A stretch of 63,699 nt of DNA, filler included, from Candidatus Fermentibacterota bacterium (GCA_016928395.1; 9 parts of 9 records of this genome joined end to end with filler, not necessarily neighbours in it); one strand, 5' to 3'; positions 47,408 through 58,215 are shown, counted from the first letter of the whole stretch. Made by a program: numbers and translations. The notes: a model not told the origin generated them from the letters alone.

Positions 47408-49879
47408 ATGACAACCAGCTACTCTTCGAGGGCCATGGCTGCCCTGATCATTGTGTGGGCATGCGCAGCCCTTGCCCAGCCACCCGCCAGCTTCGACCTG
47501 CGCGATGTCAATGGCATCAATCTCGTCACCAGCGTGAAGTCACAGATCCAGGGCACGTGCTGGACCCATGGCGCCATGGCTGCCATGGAGGGCAACCTCC
47601 TGATGACCGGGGCATGGGCGGCGGCCGGCGAAGTCGGCGAGCCTGACCTGGCCGAGTATCATCTTGATTGGTGGAACGGCTTCAATCAGCACAACAACGA
47701 TGACATCGTGCCGCCCTCGGGCAGTGGCCTGACCGTGCATCAAGGCGGAGACTACATGGTGACGGCGGCGTACGTGGCACGGGGCGAGGGCGCGGTGCGC
47801 GATATCGACGGCCAGTCCTTCAATGCCCCGCCCGAGCGCTGGGCGCCAGGCTATCACCTCTACTACCCCCGCGACATCGAGTGGTACGTAGCCGGGGATG
47901 ACCTCTCCAACATCGAGACGATCAAGTATGCCGTCATGGAACACGGGGTCATGGGCACGTGCATGGCGTACAATGTCGCCTTCATCAATAGCGAGCACGT
48001 GCACTATCAGCCGCCGAGCAGCAGTATGGACCCGAATCATGCCGTGGCCATCGTGGGCTGGGATGACGCGAAGCAGTGCGGCGCGCCCGCACCCGGAGCG
48101 TGGCTGTGCAAGAACAGTTGGGGTGAAGACTGGGGAAACGGCGGCTTCTTCTGGATCTCATACTACGACAAATGGTGCTGCAAGCATCCCGAGATGGGCG
48201 CCGTATCGTTCCAGGAAGTCGAGCCGCTCCACTACGACCGGATCTACTCCCATGACTACCATGGGTGGAGGGACACCAAGACTGACTGCTTTGAGGCGTT
48301 CAATGCCTTTGCCGCGGATGACGACGAGTTGATCGAAGCCGTGAGCTTCTGCACGGCTGCCGACAGCGTCTGGTACGAAGCAATCATCTACGGTGCTTTT
48401 GACGGGGAGCTGTCGGATGAGCTGGGGGGTTCGTCGGGATTCATTCAACGTCGCGGGCTCCACACCGTGAACGTGCCGGTACCCATCCTCATACGCGCGG
48501 GGGAGGGCTTCTTCGTCTGGCTCTCGCTCTCCCAAGGCGGCCAGGCCTTCGATCGCACCTCCGACATCCCCGTGCTCCTGGGGGCATCGTACAGGGTCAT
48601 CGTGGAATCCAGTTCCCAGCCGGGGCAAAGCTTCTACCGGATGAACGGCGAATGGGAGGATCTCTACGAGGTAGATTCCTCGGCCAACTTCTGTATCAAA
48701 GCGCTAGCGACCCATACCGGAATCAGAGTGAGCCCCGAGGAGGCCTTCCGGGCGACGGGCGAGATAGGAGGCCCGTTTGAGCCGGCGAGCACCGTGTACT
48801 GTGTGACGAATCGCTGCCTGGAGACGATGACCTATGAGGTCTCCTGCGACTCGTTGCCTGCCTGGCTTGCGATCACGGGACCAATCTCGGGAACACTGGC
48901 TCCCGGCGATTCGGCGCAGATCACGGTCGTTATCGAACAAAACGAAGCGACCCTGCTGCCGGCCGGCGCCCATTCCGCACGCATCTCTTTTGTCAATACC
49001 ACCAATCATCTGGGCGACACCAGCAGGTCGGTGATCCTGGCCGTGGGCCAGCAGCGAGTGTATCACCAGTGGCTGCTGGATGAAGACCCTGGCTGGACCA
49101 CCGAGGGAGCCTGGGCCTTCGGCCAGCCGACCGGAGGCGGCGGCAGCCACGGCGGGCCTGACCCGACGGCCGGGTACACCGGTGTGAACGTTTACGGCTA
49201 CAACCTGACGGGCGATTACCCCGACGACCTGCCGGCCCGCCACCTGATTACCACTGCCATTGACTGCACCGATCTGTACAATGTGCGGCTGCGATTCTGG
49301 CGGTGGCTGGGCGTCGAGACGCCGGAGTATGATCAGGCATCCATCAGTGTATCCGGCGATGGGATCAGCTGGACCAGGGTCTGGACGAACCCTGCCGAGA
49401 TCACTGATCAGTCGTGGGTGGCGCAGGAGCTCGACATCTCCGCAATGGCCGATAACCAGGCCACGGTGTATGTGCGCTGGACCATGGGGCCCACCGATGA
49501 GGGATGGACCTACTGCGGCTGGAATATCGACGATATCCAGATCCTCGCCCATGCCGAAGGCGAGGTGCCGTGGAGCGGCGACGAGAGCCTCACGACCCCG
49601 GAGGTCTTGAGAATCGAATCGATCCGACCGAATCCGACGGGCGGGGCGGCAGCTATCCGCTACACCCTACCGGAGGCATCACATGTCACGGTCACACTCT
49701 ATGACATCCAGGGCCGGCGCGTGGCCACGATGCTCGACGAGGCACAAGGCCGTGGGGTGCATACGATCCGCTGGGATGGCAATGATGCCCATGCACGGCC
49801 CGCCGGCCAGGGCGTCTACCTGCTCAGGATTGAAGCAGAAGCGACCATCCGGACCAGGGCCTTGGTCGTGGTTCGGTGA
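47408..49879 (+). CDS. Papain-family (C1) cysteine peptidase with lectin-like, Ig-like and FlgD-Ig C-terminal domains
   Basis: QIQGTCW (Cys), NHAVAIVGW (His), KNSWG (Asn), and a PNP...WDG...GVY tail. Confidence 0.88.
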   Translation: MTTSYSSRAMAALIIVWACAALAQPPASFDLRDVNGINLVTSVKSQIQGTCWTHGAMAAMEGNLLMTGAWAAAGEVGEPDLAEYHLDWWNGFNQHNNDDIVPPSGSGLTVHQGGDYMVTAAYVARGEGAVRDIDGQSFNAPPERWAPGYHLYYPRDIEWYVAGDDLSNIETIKYAVMEHGVMGTCMAYNVAFINSEHVHYQPPSSSMDPNHAVAIVGWDDAKQCGAPAPGAWLCKNSWGEDWGNGGFFWISYYDKWCCKHPEMGAVSFQEVEPLHYDRIYSHDYHGWRDTKTDCFEAFNAFAADDDELIEAVSFCTAADSVWYEAIIYGAFDGELSDELGGSSGFIQRRGLHTVNVPVPILIRAGEGFFVWLSLSQGGQAFDRTSDIPVLLGASYRVIVESSSQPGQSFYRMNGEWEDLYEVDSSANFCIKALATHTGIRVSPEEAFRATGEIGGPFEPASTVYCVTNRCLETMTYEVSCDSLPAWLAITGPISGTLAPGDSAQITVVIEQNEATLLPAGAHSARISFVNTTNHLGDTSRSVILAVGQQRVYHQWLLDEDPGWTTEGAWAFGQPTGGGGSHGGPDPTAGYTGVNVYGYNLTGDYPDDLPARHLITTAIDCTDLYNVRLRFWRWLGVETPEYDQASISVSGDGISWTRVWTNPAEITDQSWVAQELDISAMADNQATVYVRWTMGPTDEGWTYCGWNIDDIQILAHAEGEVPWSGDESLTTPEVLRIESIRPNPTGGAAAIRYTLPEASHVTVTLYDIQGRRVATMLDEAQGRGVHTIRWDGNDAHARPAGQGVYLLRIEAEATIRTRALVVVR

Positions 49880-50029
49880 GAGAGGAAGACCTGGCGCGTC
49901 AGGGCCTGGCTGGGAGGACTCCGCCCCACAGGAATCCGCATCAGAGTGAGACTGTATAGGACACGTCTCATATAGGACGTATCCTATATATCCTCCATAT
50001 TCTCGTGTGTCGCAAGACCGTGTTTCGCG

Positions 50030-51172
50030 CTAGGCTTTCGCGGTCAGAAGCTTCTCCGCCTCGGCCAGGAGATCGGGGATGGCGATGTGCTGCGGGCACA
50101 GGGGTTCGCAGTGGCCGCAACGGGTGCACCGGCTGGCTCGATTCTCCTCCTCCACCCAGCGATACGACATGCTGGCCCGGGGTAAGTCGTCGTAGACCAA
50201 CGCGTCATTGTAGAACATGAACACCTCGGGAATGTGCACGCCGTTGGGGCACGGCAGGCAGTACCCACAGCCCGTGCACGGCACTCCCCGGCGCGCCATG
50301 AATGCCTCGCGGACGCGCTCGATGAGGCCGTGTTCGTCGTCCGTCAGTGCTCCTACGCGTGATCGGTTCGCGCTGGCCAGGTTCTCGTCTACCTGCTCCA
50401 TGGTGCTCATGCCTGAGAGCACGACCGAGACCTCGGGCTGATCCCACAACCACTGCAGCGCCCAATCCGCCAGGGTGCGCTGGACGGGCGCCGTCGACCA
50501 TACCTCCTGCACTACCTGTGGAGGCTTCCGGGCCAGTTGACCTCCCCGCAAGGGCTCCATCACGACGAGGGGAATTCCCCGTTCAGCAGCGTATCGCACA
50601 CCGGCGGTTCCGGCTTGGGAGAAGGCATCCATGTAGTTGTACTGCACCTGGGCCAATGCCCATTTGTCATAATCATTGACGATGTCGATGAATACCGGCG
50701 CGCCGTCATGGAAGGAGAATCCCATCCCGCCGATGCGCCCCGACGCGACGGCCCGCTCCCCCCATGCCAACACATTTAGGGCCTTGAGCTTCGGCCAGAT
50801 CTGATCGTTGAGCGAGTGAAGCAGATAGAACTCCAGGTGGTTTGTGCGGAGCTTGCCCAACTGCTCGTTCAGGTAGCGGTCGAAGTCTGCTTCGGATTCG
50901 ATGAGCCAGGTCGGCATCTTGGTGACCAGCGTCACCCGCTCACGATAGCCATCGGCCAGCGCTCGGCTGAGAAAGAGCTCGCTGTTCCCTCCGTGATACG
51001 GATAGGCGGTATCAACGTAGTTCACTCCCCCATCGATGGCGGCCCGAATCATCCGCGTTGCCTCAGGCTCGTCGATGCGACTCACGTCGCCATCGACAGT
51101 GGGTAGGCGCATGGCGCCGAATCCCAACGCAGACACCTTCCTGCAAGACCTGCCGAACTGACGATAGTACAT
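50030..51172 (-). CDS. Aldo/keto reductase with C-terminal 4Fe-4S domain
   Basis: LGFGAMRLP, DTAYPYH, GFSFH, MEPLRGG, CTGCGYCLPCP and CTRCGHCEPLCPQ. Confidence 0.92.
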   Translation of the reverse strand: MYYRQFGRSCRKVSALGFGAMRLPTVDGDVSRIDEPEATRMIRAAIDGGVNYVDTAYPYHGGNSELFLSRALADGYRERVTLVTKMPTWLIESEADFDRYLNEQLGKLRTNHLEFYLLHSLNDQIWPKLKALNVLAWGERAVASGRIGGMGFSFHDGAPVFIDIVNDYDKWALAQVQYNYMDAFSQAGTAGVRYAAERGIPLVVMEPLRGGQLARKPPQVVQEVWSTAPVQRTLADWALQWLWDQPEVSVVLSGMSTMEQVDENLASANRSRVGALTDDEHGLIERVREAFMARRGVPCTGCGYCLPCPNGVHIPEVFMFYNDALVYDDLPRASMSYRWVEEENRASRCTRCGHCEPLCPQHIAIPDLLAEAEKLLTAKA

Positions 51173-51190
51173 CAGAGACCCTCACCACGA

Positions 51191-52516
51191 TCAGGGAAGA
51201 GACGATCGGTGAACGGCGAAACGGAAACCCCGCGTGGCCATTTCGTCAAGCACGGGGCCATAGAGCTCCGATGAGAACGGCCCAAGGACCCCGCGCGCCT
51301 TCACCGCTCCTTCCACCACAAGCTTGGTCGCGATGCCCGCGGTCAATCCGACCGCCCGCGCCATGGCGGAGTCACCGTTGGGCACGCCCTCTGCCATCAG
51401 GGTGGCGGTATGGCGACGGGTCGTTTTATCCTCTGATCGGCTCACCACTTCGTTGTGCACAACGACCATGTCCTGCTCGCCGGGGCCGTATGCCAGCTTG
51501 GCCACCGCCAGATCAAGGAAAATATCCAGGGCAGTCCCCTCGGCCCGCCGCGGGCTCGTTGAGCCGCAGAGCCCAAGCCACTCGAGCCTTTCGATGATGG
51601 GATCATACGGGCCGATCCCCAGCCGCCGCGCAAGCGCGGATTGCAGATCTCCTTCGTCGCATCCCAGAAGCGTCGAAAGGAAACTGGCATGCGTCATCCT
51701 ATCGAACCGGTGTATCTCGCTATCGTCCAACAGCCCCAGCGCCCCGATCGCCCGCATCATCGCACACCATCCCCGGTGCCGCAGGAGACCTCGGTAGAGC
51801 GACACGTGTGGCTCCAGCCCATACGGTTCCAGGTAGCGGGTCGCATCCCGATTGGGATAGGTCTCGAACACCCCCACTTTCTGGATATCGGCGAGCCGGG
51901 GATGTGTGAAAAGTTCCTGGGACGCAACGATGATCCGTCTGCCCCGCTCAAGGTAGACTGCCGGAGCCTGGACTGCCTTGAACACGCCCCGAGGGCTCCA
52001 GGAGAACTTGTATCCCCAGGGATTCGTATTCCAGCGAAACGCCGGAAGTCCGCCCGCATACGAGCGCAACTCAAGGATCTCCTCTCCCTCTCGTCGCGCG
52101 TCGTCCAGCAACGCCAGGGCGCTCATGTGGTCAAGCCCCGGAGACTCGCCAACCTCGTTGAGGAAGATGAGGTTGCGCGCCCGGGCCTCCCCGTCCAGCG
52201 CCGCCATGGCGTCGCTGATATACGAGGTAGTCACGAGATGTCTTCGATGGGCGAGGCATGTCTGGGCGACCTGGGGATGCAATGCGGGTGGGAGCATGCT
52301 GACCACGACGTCGGCATCCCGCACGAGACGCTGGAGGAGGGCAGTGTCTCGTGCGGTCCAGGCCGTCGGGACCCCCAAAGGACGGCCTCGGATGATACGC
52401 GCGGCGCCTTCCGCGGAAAAATCGGTCAGCACGACACGGTAGCGGCAGGTGTCGATCAGGTAGTCCACCAACGGCGTGGCCACCATCCCGGAACCCAAGA
52501 TCAGCGCGGTCGTCAC
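51191..52516 (-). CDS. Saccharopine dehydrogenase family protein
   Basis: LGSGMV, VTTSY, PGLDHM, YKFSWSPRG, YPNRD and SAMARAVG. Confidence 0.9.
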   Translation of the reverse strand: MTTALILGSGMVATPLVDYLIDTCRYRVVLTDFSAEGAARIIRGRPLGVPTAWTARDTALLQRLVRDADVVVSMLPPALHPQVAQTCLAHRRHLVTTSYISDAMAALDGEARARNLIFLNEVGESPGLDHMSALALLDDARREGEEILELRSYAGGLPAFRWNTNPWGYKFSWSPRGVFKAVQAPAVYLERGRRIIVASQELFTHPRLADIQKVGVFETYPNRDATRYLEPYGLEPHVSLYRGLLRHRGWCAMMRAIGALGLLDDSEIHRFDRMTHASFLSTLLGCDEGDLQSALARRLGIGPYDPIIERLEWLGLCGSTSPRRAEGTALDIFLDLAVAKLAYGPGEQDMVVVHNEVVSRSEDKTTRRHTATLMAEGVPNGDSAMARAVGLTAGIATKLVVEGAVKARGVLGPFSSELYGPVLDEMATRGFRFAVHRSSLP

Positions 52517-52558
52517 GACGATCTCCTACTCAGATCTCGGCCTCACTGTGCGGCAGTT

Positions 52559-52598
52559 CATCCACCCTCACCTCTGTCCTCTCCCATCGAGGGAGAGG
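52559..52598. repeat. 40-bp direct repeat, left copy (right copy 53191-53230)
   Basis: catccaccctcacctct(g/a)tcctctcccatcgagggagagg, 39/40 identical, containing a CCTCTCCC/GGGAGAGG hairpin. Confidence 0.9.
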
Positions 52599-52758
52599 AG
52601 ATCCGCCTTGACTCATGGAGAGGTTCACCGCCACTCCGCTTCTGCGGGGCGCGGCGGTTGCCATGGCCGTTCGATGCCCCTTCCCCCCTCTCCCATCCAA
52701 TCAGAGGAACCATCTTCGCGGAAAGCAAGACTATCGGACCTCCTACGCTGCAATGAGT

Positions 52759-53193
52759 TCACGTCTCGCCCTGCTCCCCCCTCTCCACTTTGGGAGAGGG
52801 TCGGGGTGAGGGCTCCGCACCATCAGATGTAGTGTGAGGGCATTCCAGTTCCATCCGAATGCGCTCCACCACGCTCTGAGTGTGAGCCAACACCTCGTGA
52901 TTCCAGAACCGCAAGATCTGATAGCCTTGGCTCTTCAGCCACGCATCTCGTGCCACGTCGGCCTCGCTCTCGAGATGGTGGCCCCCATCGACCTCAATGA
53001 CGAGCCCGACCTCGTTGCTTACAAAGTCAACGATGTACTGACCTATCGGATGTTGGCGGCGGAACTTCACTCCTCCCATGCGACGGCCGCGGAGGTGGGC
53101 CCACAGCTTCCGCTCAGCGTCAGTGCTCCGTTGGCGAAGGTTGCGTGCCAAATCCGTCGCATCGTTGGGCTGAGCGGAGCGCATCCGCATCAT
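52759..53193 (-). CDS. DUF559 (Vsr-like) endonuclease-domain protein
   Basis: ARNLR...TDAERKLW..LR...KFRRQHPIG.YIVDF...IEVDGGHH...RD..L...GY.ILRFWN. Confidence 0.9.
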   Translation of the reverse strand: MMRMRSAQPNDATDLARNLRQRSTDAERKLWAHLRGRRMGGVKFRRQHPIGQYIVDFVSNEVGLVIEVDGGHHLESEADVARDAWLKSQGYQILRFWNHEVLAHTQSVVERIRMELECPHTTSDGAEPSPRPSPKVERGEQGET

Positions 53194-53404
53194 CCACCCT
53201 CACCTCTATCCTCTCCCATCGAGGGAGAGGTTTCCCCTGTGCATCCCCTTTTCCACCTGGATTCCCGCTTCCGCGGGAATGACAAGGAGNNNNNNNNNNN
53301 NNNNNNNNNNNNNNNNNNNNNNNNNNNNNNNNNTTAATTAATTAANNNNNNNNNNNNNNNNNNNNNNNNNNNNNNNNNNNNNNNNNNNNATGGTGGAATC
53401 ATGG

Positions 53405-53452
53405 GATGGTGGAACGATGGAACGGTGGAACGATGGAACGATGGAACGATGG
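53405..53452. repeat. Short tandem octamer repeat (GATGGAAC)n
   Basis: Directly visible next to a contig end. Confidence 0.8.
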
Positions 53453-53774
53453 AGCAAGCGCCCAGCCAGCCAGAGGGCACGGTGAGACATAGGGCAAAGC
53501 GGTGGCAGGTTTCTTGCATCTTCTCAATCTGAATGGTCAAGGTTCTTGACCGGGCCGCCGCGTCGTGGTACTTCGTCGCCACTGTCTGGTCCCACGCCCG
53601 GCGCTTCTACCTGTGCGCCGCCGTATCGCGTCCAGCTCACACCTGTCAGGAAACCGGGTGCGACGACGTGATGCTTGGCACGGGGGGTTGATGCTGCTTA
53701 TTTAGAGTGATAATCAGTATCATTAGCTTCACTCATCTCCCCAACTCCCCGTATGTGCGGAAAGGAAGCGCCCC

Positions 53775-56700
53775 GTGAGCAGCCTCCGATTCTTGGCCTC
53801 TCTTGCATGTGCAGCCAGTATCTCATTGGCCCAGCCGCCTCTTCCCGAGGAAGGTGTGGGTGGCCTGCCACTGGTTCCCGCTCCATTCACCATGTCGTCC
53901 CAGGTCCTCTCGTCCACGAATGAGTCAACCGTGCTGGAGGTATCATTCGCACCGACCGACATGCGGCGCCTCCCAAACTCCGCCGAGGGGATACTGGGGC
54001 TGGTAGCCATCGCGCCCACAGGCAATGTCTCGGCATCAGTCATCCAGGCGGATGTCGCTCGCGTGTCCGATATAGACAATACTCTGCCCTCCTCCGGCGC
54101 CGACATCCCTCCTCTCGTCCGGCTGGGCACTCCCGCGATCTGGCGTGACCTCAGGGTGGTGGAAGTCACGGTCGCCCCGTCGTGGGCGACGCCCCAAGGC
54201 GGCCTGATGGCGCGGCGGCTCGTGATGGAGATCACGAATACCGGCGGAGCCAGCATCAACGAGAAGACCCAAGCCCCTCGTCCAGTGTCGCCTGTCTGGG
54301 ATCGCATGTACCGCAGCCACGTCCTGAACTATGACTCCCTGAACCTTCCCCGGCTCACCCGCGGCAACGGCAATCGCTATTTGGTCATCTCGCGGACGGC
54401 CTTCGACGCCCAGACCCCCCAGTTTGTCGAGTGGAAGACGCGACAGGGCTATGGGGTCGAGGTTGTCACGCTGGAGAGCCTGGGCTACTCCGGCAGCGCC
54501 ATCACCGGGACCACCTGTCTGAACGCAACGAAGAACTACATCCTGAACGCATACAATACGTGGCCCGACGGGCTCGACTTCGTGCTGTTGATCGGCGACA
54601 TGTATTCGAGCAACTACGCCGGTTCAGTGTGGACTCAGACGTTCTACAACTACTTCTACGGTCAGGGCAATCGGCCACATGACCAGTGGTACGGGTTTCT
54701 GGAAGGGAATGACGTCTTCGCCGACATCATGGTTGGCCGCATGTCCGCCTCAAGCACTGCTGACATGACCACGCTCCTGGGCAAGACCGTCGGCTACGAG
54801 AAGACTCCGTACATCGACGGCACATGGCAGAAGCGTGCCATCATGACGCTGGATGCCGGTATCAGCGAGACGATCAATGTGAAGAACCTCGTGAGCGACC
54901 GTCTCAGCGCCTGGGGCATGAACGTATCCGAGTATTTCTCATCGCCGTGGAATGTGACTCCCGCGATCAACCAGGGCGTGACCTTCTACAACTACCGAGG
55001 CGACTACTGCGATGCCAACGGCTGGGGCAGCACCTTTGACACCTACGATGTTGGCTATGTCAACAACCTGAACAAGCTGGGAGTCTGGACGATACTCTCC
55101 TGCTCATCGGGCTCGTTCGACTATTACAATGCCATTCTCGCAGAGCAGATGCTCCGGCTCGGGACTGCCGAAAACCCCAAGGGCGCGGTGGCATTCGTCG
55201 GTTCCCAAGCCTACACGGCGTATGAGTACAACAATCCCCTGGATGAAGGATTCTACCGCTGCTGGGCCGATTCCGGCAAATCACTCCTCGGCGAAGCCCT
55301 TCTCTCGGGCAAGGTGTTCGCGTGGAACCACATGTACCCCGGCTTTGACCCGAATCGCCGCGACTGCATGATGAAGGAATACACCATTCTGGGCGACCCA
55401 TCGCTCCAAGTCTGGACCGATGTGCCCAAGACCACCACCGCGAACGTCGTCCCGTCGACTCTCGCGGCCGGTCAGACCTCCAGCATCACGGTGACGGTCA
55501 CCAATCCCACCCGCGGCCCGGTGCCAGACGCCTTGGTCTGCCTGCGCAAGGGAGGCGAGGTCTATGTCTGGGGCTACACCAACGGTGCGGGCCAGGTAAC
55601 GCTCAGCGCGACGCCGGCCACGGTCGGTGATGTTGAACTGACGGTCACGGCCTGCAATCAACAGCCGGTGCTCTCCACCGTGCCGGTGACCGCCTCGTCG
55701 GGCCCGTATGTCGTCTATGACGGAAACACCATTCTGGGCGACGGCTACGCGGATGTCGGGGATACGGTGTCTATGAACATCCAACTGCGCAATGTGGGAA
55801 CTCAGACGGCGCCGTCCGTGCAGGCTACATTGAGCACGATTCAACCGTCCATCACCATGATCAACGCGACCAGGAACTACGGCAATATCGCCGCGGGCGC
55901 CACCGCCCTTCCCTACTCGCCGTTCAGGTTCCAGGTCGGCACCTTGGCCGATCAGACCTCGGTACCCTTCACCTTGGCCATCAACTCGGGTGACTCGCTC
56001 TGGCCGGGCTCATTCTCTATCACGGCCCGGGCACCAATCCTGGCGGTTCTTGGATCGACGGTCGTAGACCCGACAGGTAACGGCAATGGCAGACCCGACC
56101 CCGGTGAGACCGTGGACTTGCAGGTGCAGGTACAGAATAACGGCACCGGTCCCGCCAGGTACGTCCAGTTGGCCCTGAGCGAATCCGATCCCTATGTGTC
56201 GCTGTCGGGCTCCACGACCCAGAGTCTCGGCACCATCAACTCGGGTAGCCAGGTCACCAGCCCCGCCTTTGCCGTAGTTATTTCTCCGTCGTGTCCCCAG
56301 GCCCATCCCGTGACCCTCGACCTGGTCTTCTCATCGAACTACGGGACCTATACCCATGCGGCCTCACTGACGCTGGTGGTTGGTCAAAGGGAGCTGCTCT
56401 ACGTGGATGCCGACGACGAGGCCACGGAAGGCAGAATCACCACGGCACTGGGCGCGCTGGGAGTAGACTACCGCCGTTGGAACACGTACGAAAGCGGGAT
56501 GAGCATCATCCCCCTGGATACCCTGCAAAACTATGTCACGGTCTTGTGGGCGGCGGGTGATCAGAACGCCTCCAGCGTCACCGACGACAACAGGGCCAAT
56601 CTGGCGTCCTACCTCGATCAGGGAGGGAACCTGCTCCTGTCCGCGGAGAACTACCTGACGAGCTATGCGTCGGCTTCATTTACGACAGAGTACCTCCATG

Positions 56701-57326
56701 TCGACTCCTACCAGACGAGCATCACCGGCAGCGGGGTCGGGGGAACGACTGGCGATCCCATCGGTGATGGCATAGCCGTGACCCTGAGCTATCACGCCGA
56801 CCTTTCCGATGCGCCGGATCGCATCAACCCGGCGACGGGTGCAAGCACGGTGTTCCGTTTGTCGCCCAACGATGATTCCGCGGTCATCCGCTACCCGGCC
56901 ACCGGCTCAGCAACCTACCGGATGGTGTTCTTCGGAGCGGCCTTGGAGGCCTTCCCCACGGGAGCCGCAGATCCGGACAACATCGAATCGGTCATTCAAC
57001 GATGTCTGACGTGGTTGGGAGGCGACGTACTCGCCCCGACCGCGCCCTCGAATCCCGTGCTGACCCAAGACGGCACGTTGAGCTGGAGCCCCGCGTCCGA
57101 CAATGTCGGCGTTCATCACTACTGCATCTACCGCAGCCTCCTCGCCTACTTCGAGGTGCAGGGCATGACGCCTTTGACCACCACGACGGGCACGAGCATA
57201 CAGCTCACGGCGGGCCTGAACGACCCCTCACTGGATTATACGTACCGTATCACCGCCCAGGATGCGGCGGGCAATCAGTCGGCTGCATCGCCCCCTGTGG
57301 GTGAACGAGAGTTTGCCATTCAGTGA
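53775..57326 (+). CDS. Peptidase C25 (gingipain-like) multidomain secreted protein
   Basis: Propeptide, WKTRQG, VLLIGD, D.WY...VGR, NYRG, LSCSSGSFD, PKGAVA and ILGDPS, followed by Ig-like repeats (GNGRPDPGET) and an FN3-like end. Confidence 0.88.
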   Translation: MSSLRFLASLACAASISLAQPPLPEEGVGGLPLVPAPFTMSSQVLSSTNESTVLEVSFAPTDMRRLPNSAEGILGLVAIAPTGNVSASVIQADVARVSDIDNTLPSSGADIPPLVRLGTPAIWRDLRVVEVTVAPSWATPQGGLMARRLVMEITNTGGASINEKTQAPRPVSPVWDRMYRSHVLNYDSLNLPRLTRGNGNRYLVISRTAFDAQTPQFVEWKTRQGYGVEVVTLESLGYSGSAITGTTCLNATKNYILNAYNTWPDGLDFVLLIGDMYSSNYAGSVWTQTFYNYFYGQGNRPHDQWYGFLEGNDVFADIMVGRMSASSTADMTTLLGKTVGYEKTPYIDGTWQKRAIMTLDAGISETINVKNLVSDRLSAWGMNVSEYFSSPWNVTPAINQGVTFYNYRGDYCDANGWGSTFDTYDVGYVNNLNKLGVWTILSCSSGSFDYYNAILAEQMLRLGTAENPKGAVAFVGSQAYTAYEYNNPLDEGFYRCWADSGKSLLGEALLSGKVFAWNHMYPGFDPNRRDCMMKEYTILGDPSLQVWTDVPKTTTANVVPSTLAAGQTSSITVTVTNPTRGPVPDALVCLRKGGEVYVWGYTNGAGQVTLSATPATVGDVELTVTACNQQPVLSTVPVTASSGPYVVYDGNTILGDGYADVGDTVSMNIQLRNVGTQTAPSVQATLSTIQPSITMINATRNYGNIAAGATALPYSPFRFQVGTLADQTSVPFTLAINSGDSLWPGSFSITARAPILAVLGSTVVDPTGNGNGRPDPGETVDLQVQVQNNGTGPARYVQLALSESDPYVSLSGSTTQSLGTINSGSQVTSPAFAVVISPSCPQAHPVTLDLVFSSNYGTYTHAASLTLVVGQRELLYVDADDEATEGRITTALGALGVDYRRWNTYESGMSIIPLDTLQNYVTVLWAAGDQNASSVTDDNRANLASYLDQGGNLLLSAENYLTSYASASFTTEYLHVDSYQTSITGSGVGGTTGDPIGDGIAVTLSYHADLSDAPDRINPATGASTVFRLSPNDDSAVIRYPATGSATYRMVFFGAALEAFPTGAADPDNIESVIQRCLTWLGGDVLAPTAPSNPVLTQDGTLSWSPASDNVGVHHYCIYRSLLAYFEVQGMTPLTTTTGTSIQLTAGLNDPSLDYTYRITAQDAAGNQSAASPPVGEREFAIQ

Positions 57327-57534
57327 AGCGATCGGCCGGCGACCCCGGTTCCCATCGCCAACCGCACGGAGGCACCGTCGTGGTGGCAATCCTGGGGACT
57401 CTGGGATGTGCGGATATGTCGACCATCGTTCAGTCTCATCGCCCGTGTCCAGCCTGCCGGTGTCCTTCCTTTTCTGCTGAATCGGCCTCCTTCGGGCGCC
57501 GCCTGTCCGTCCCCATCTCCAAAGGAGCACTTCC

Positions 57535-57618
57535 ATGAGCTTCATCCCACGGCTTCTCGCCTTGGCCATCTTTGCGTCGACCCTTCCCGCATCGGCCCAG
57601 ATGCGGCCCGAATCCCCC
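57535..57618 (+). CDS. Start of a secreted protein (truncated)
   Basis: AAAGGAG RBS, then the signal peptide MSFIPRLLALAIFASTLPASAQ. Confidence 0.55.
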
Positions 57619-57718
57619 NNNNNNNNNNNNNNNNNNNNNNNNNNNNNNNNNNNNNNNNNNNNTTAATTAATTAANNNNNNNNNNNNNNNNNNNNNNNNNN
57701 NNNNNNNNNNNNNNNNNN

Positions 57719-58195
57719 AAGGTATACTGGGAAGCCAACCGCATGAGGGTGGAGACATACACCGTCGCGGGGGTTATGATTGAGATTCAGAACGGCAAGA
57801 CCCTTTACGCATATAACCCTGCCAAGAAAGAGGCCGTCAAGACCACATTGCCCAGCGCGTCCATCACGGTACAGGCTAGGCTCGAAGCCATGGCCGCCCC
57901 GATCAAGGGTGGCAAGAAGGTCGGCACGGAGACGGTTTCGGGACTCAAATGCAGCGTGTTCATTCTTTCCACCAAGCAGGGAAATGCTCGCGTGCACGTC
58001 AGCACGGATTCCCGCTTTCCTTTGAAGATGAAGACACACATAACCAAAGGAAACGCCAGCGAGACCACGGAGATACGCAACCTCAAGCTGAACTACAACG
58101 TTACCGATGCCCTGTTCGCTCTTCCCAAAGGGACGAAGGTGGTGGAAGCGAAGGCGGCTATCCCTCCGAAGACGGGATCGTCTGGCAAGAAGTAA
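57719..58195 (+). CDS. LolA/DUF4412-like protein (5' truncated)
   Basis: MRVE...Y.YNP...KKVGTETVSGLKC...D..FPLK...DALFALPKG pattern. Confidence 0.55.
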   Translation, partial: KVYWEANRMRVETYTVAGVMIEIQNGKTLYAYNPAKKEAVKTTLPSASITVQARLEAMAAPIKGGKKVGTETVSGLKCSVFILSTKQGNARVHVSTDSRFPLKMKTHITKGNASETTEIRNLKLNYNVTDALFALPKGTKVVEAKAAIPPKTGSSGKK

Positions 58196-58215
58196 ATCAT
58201 ACGGAGGCATTGTTC

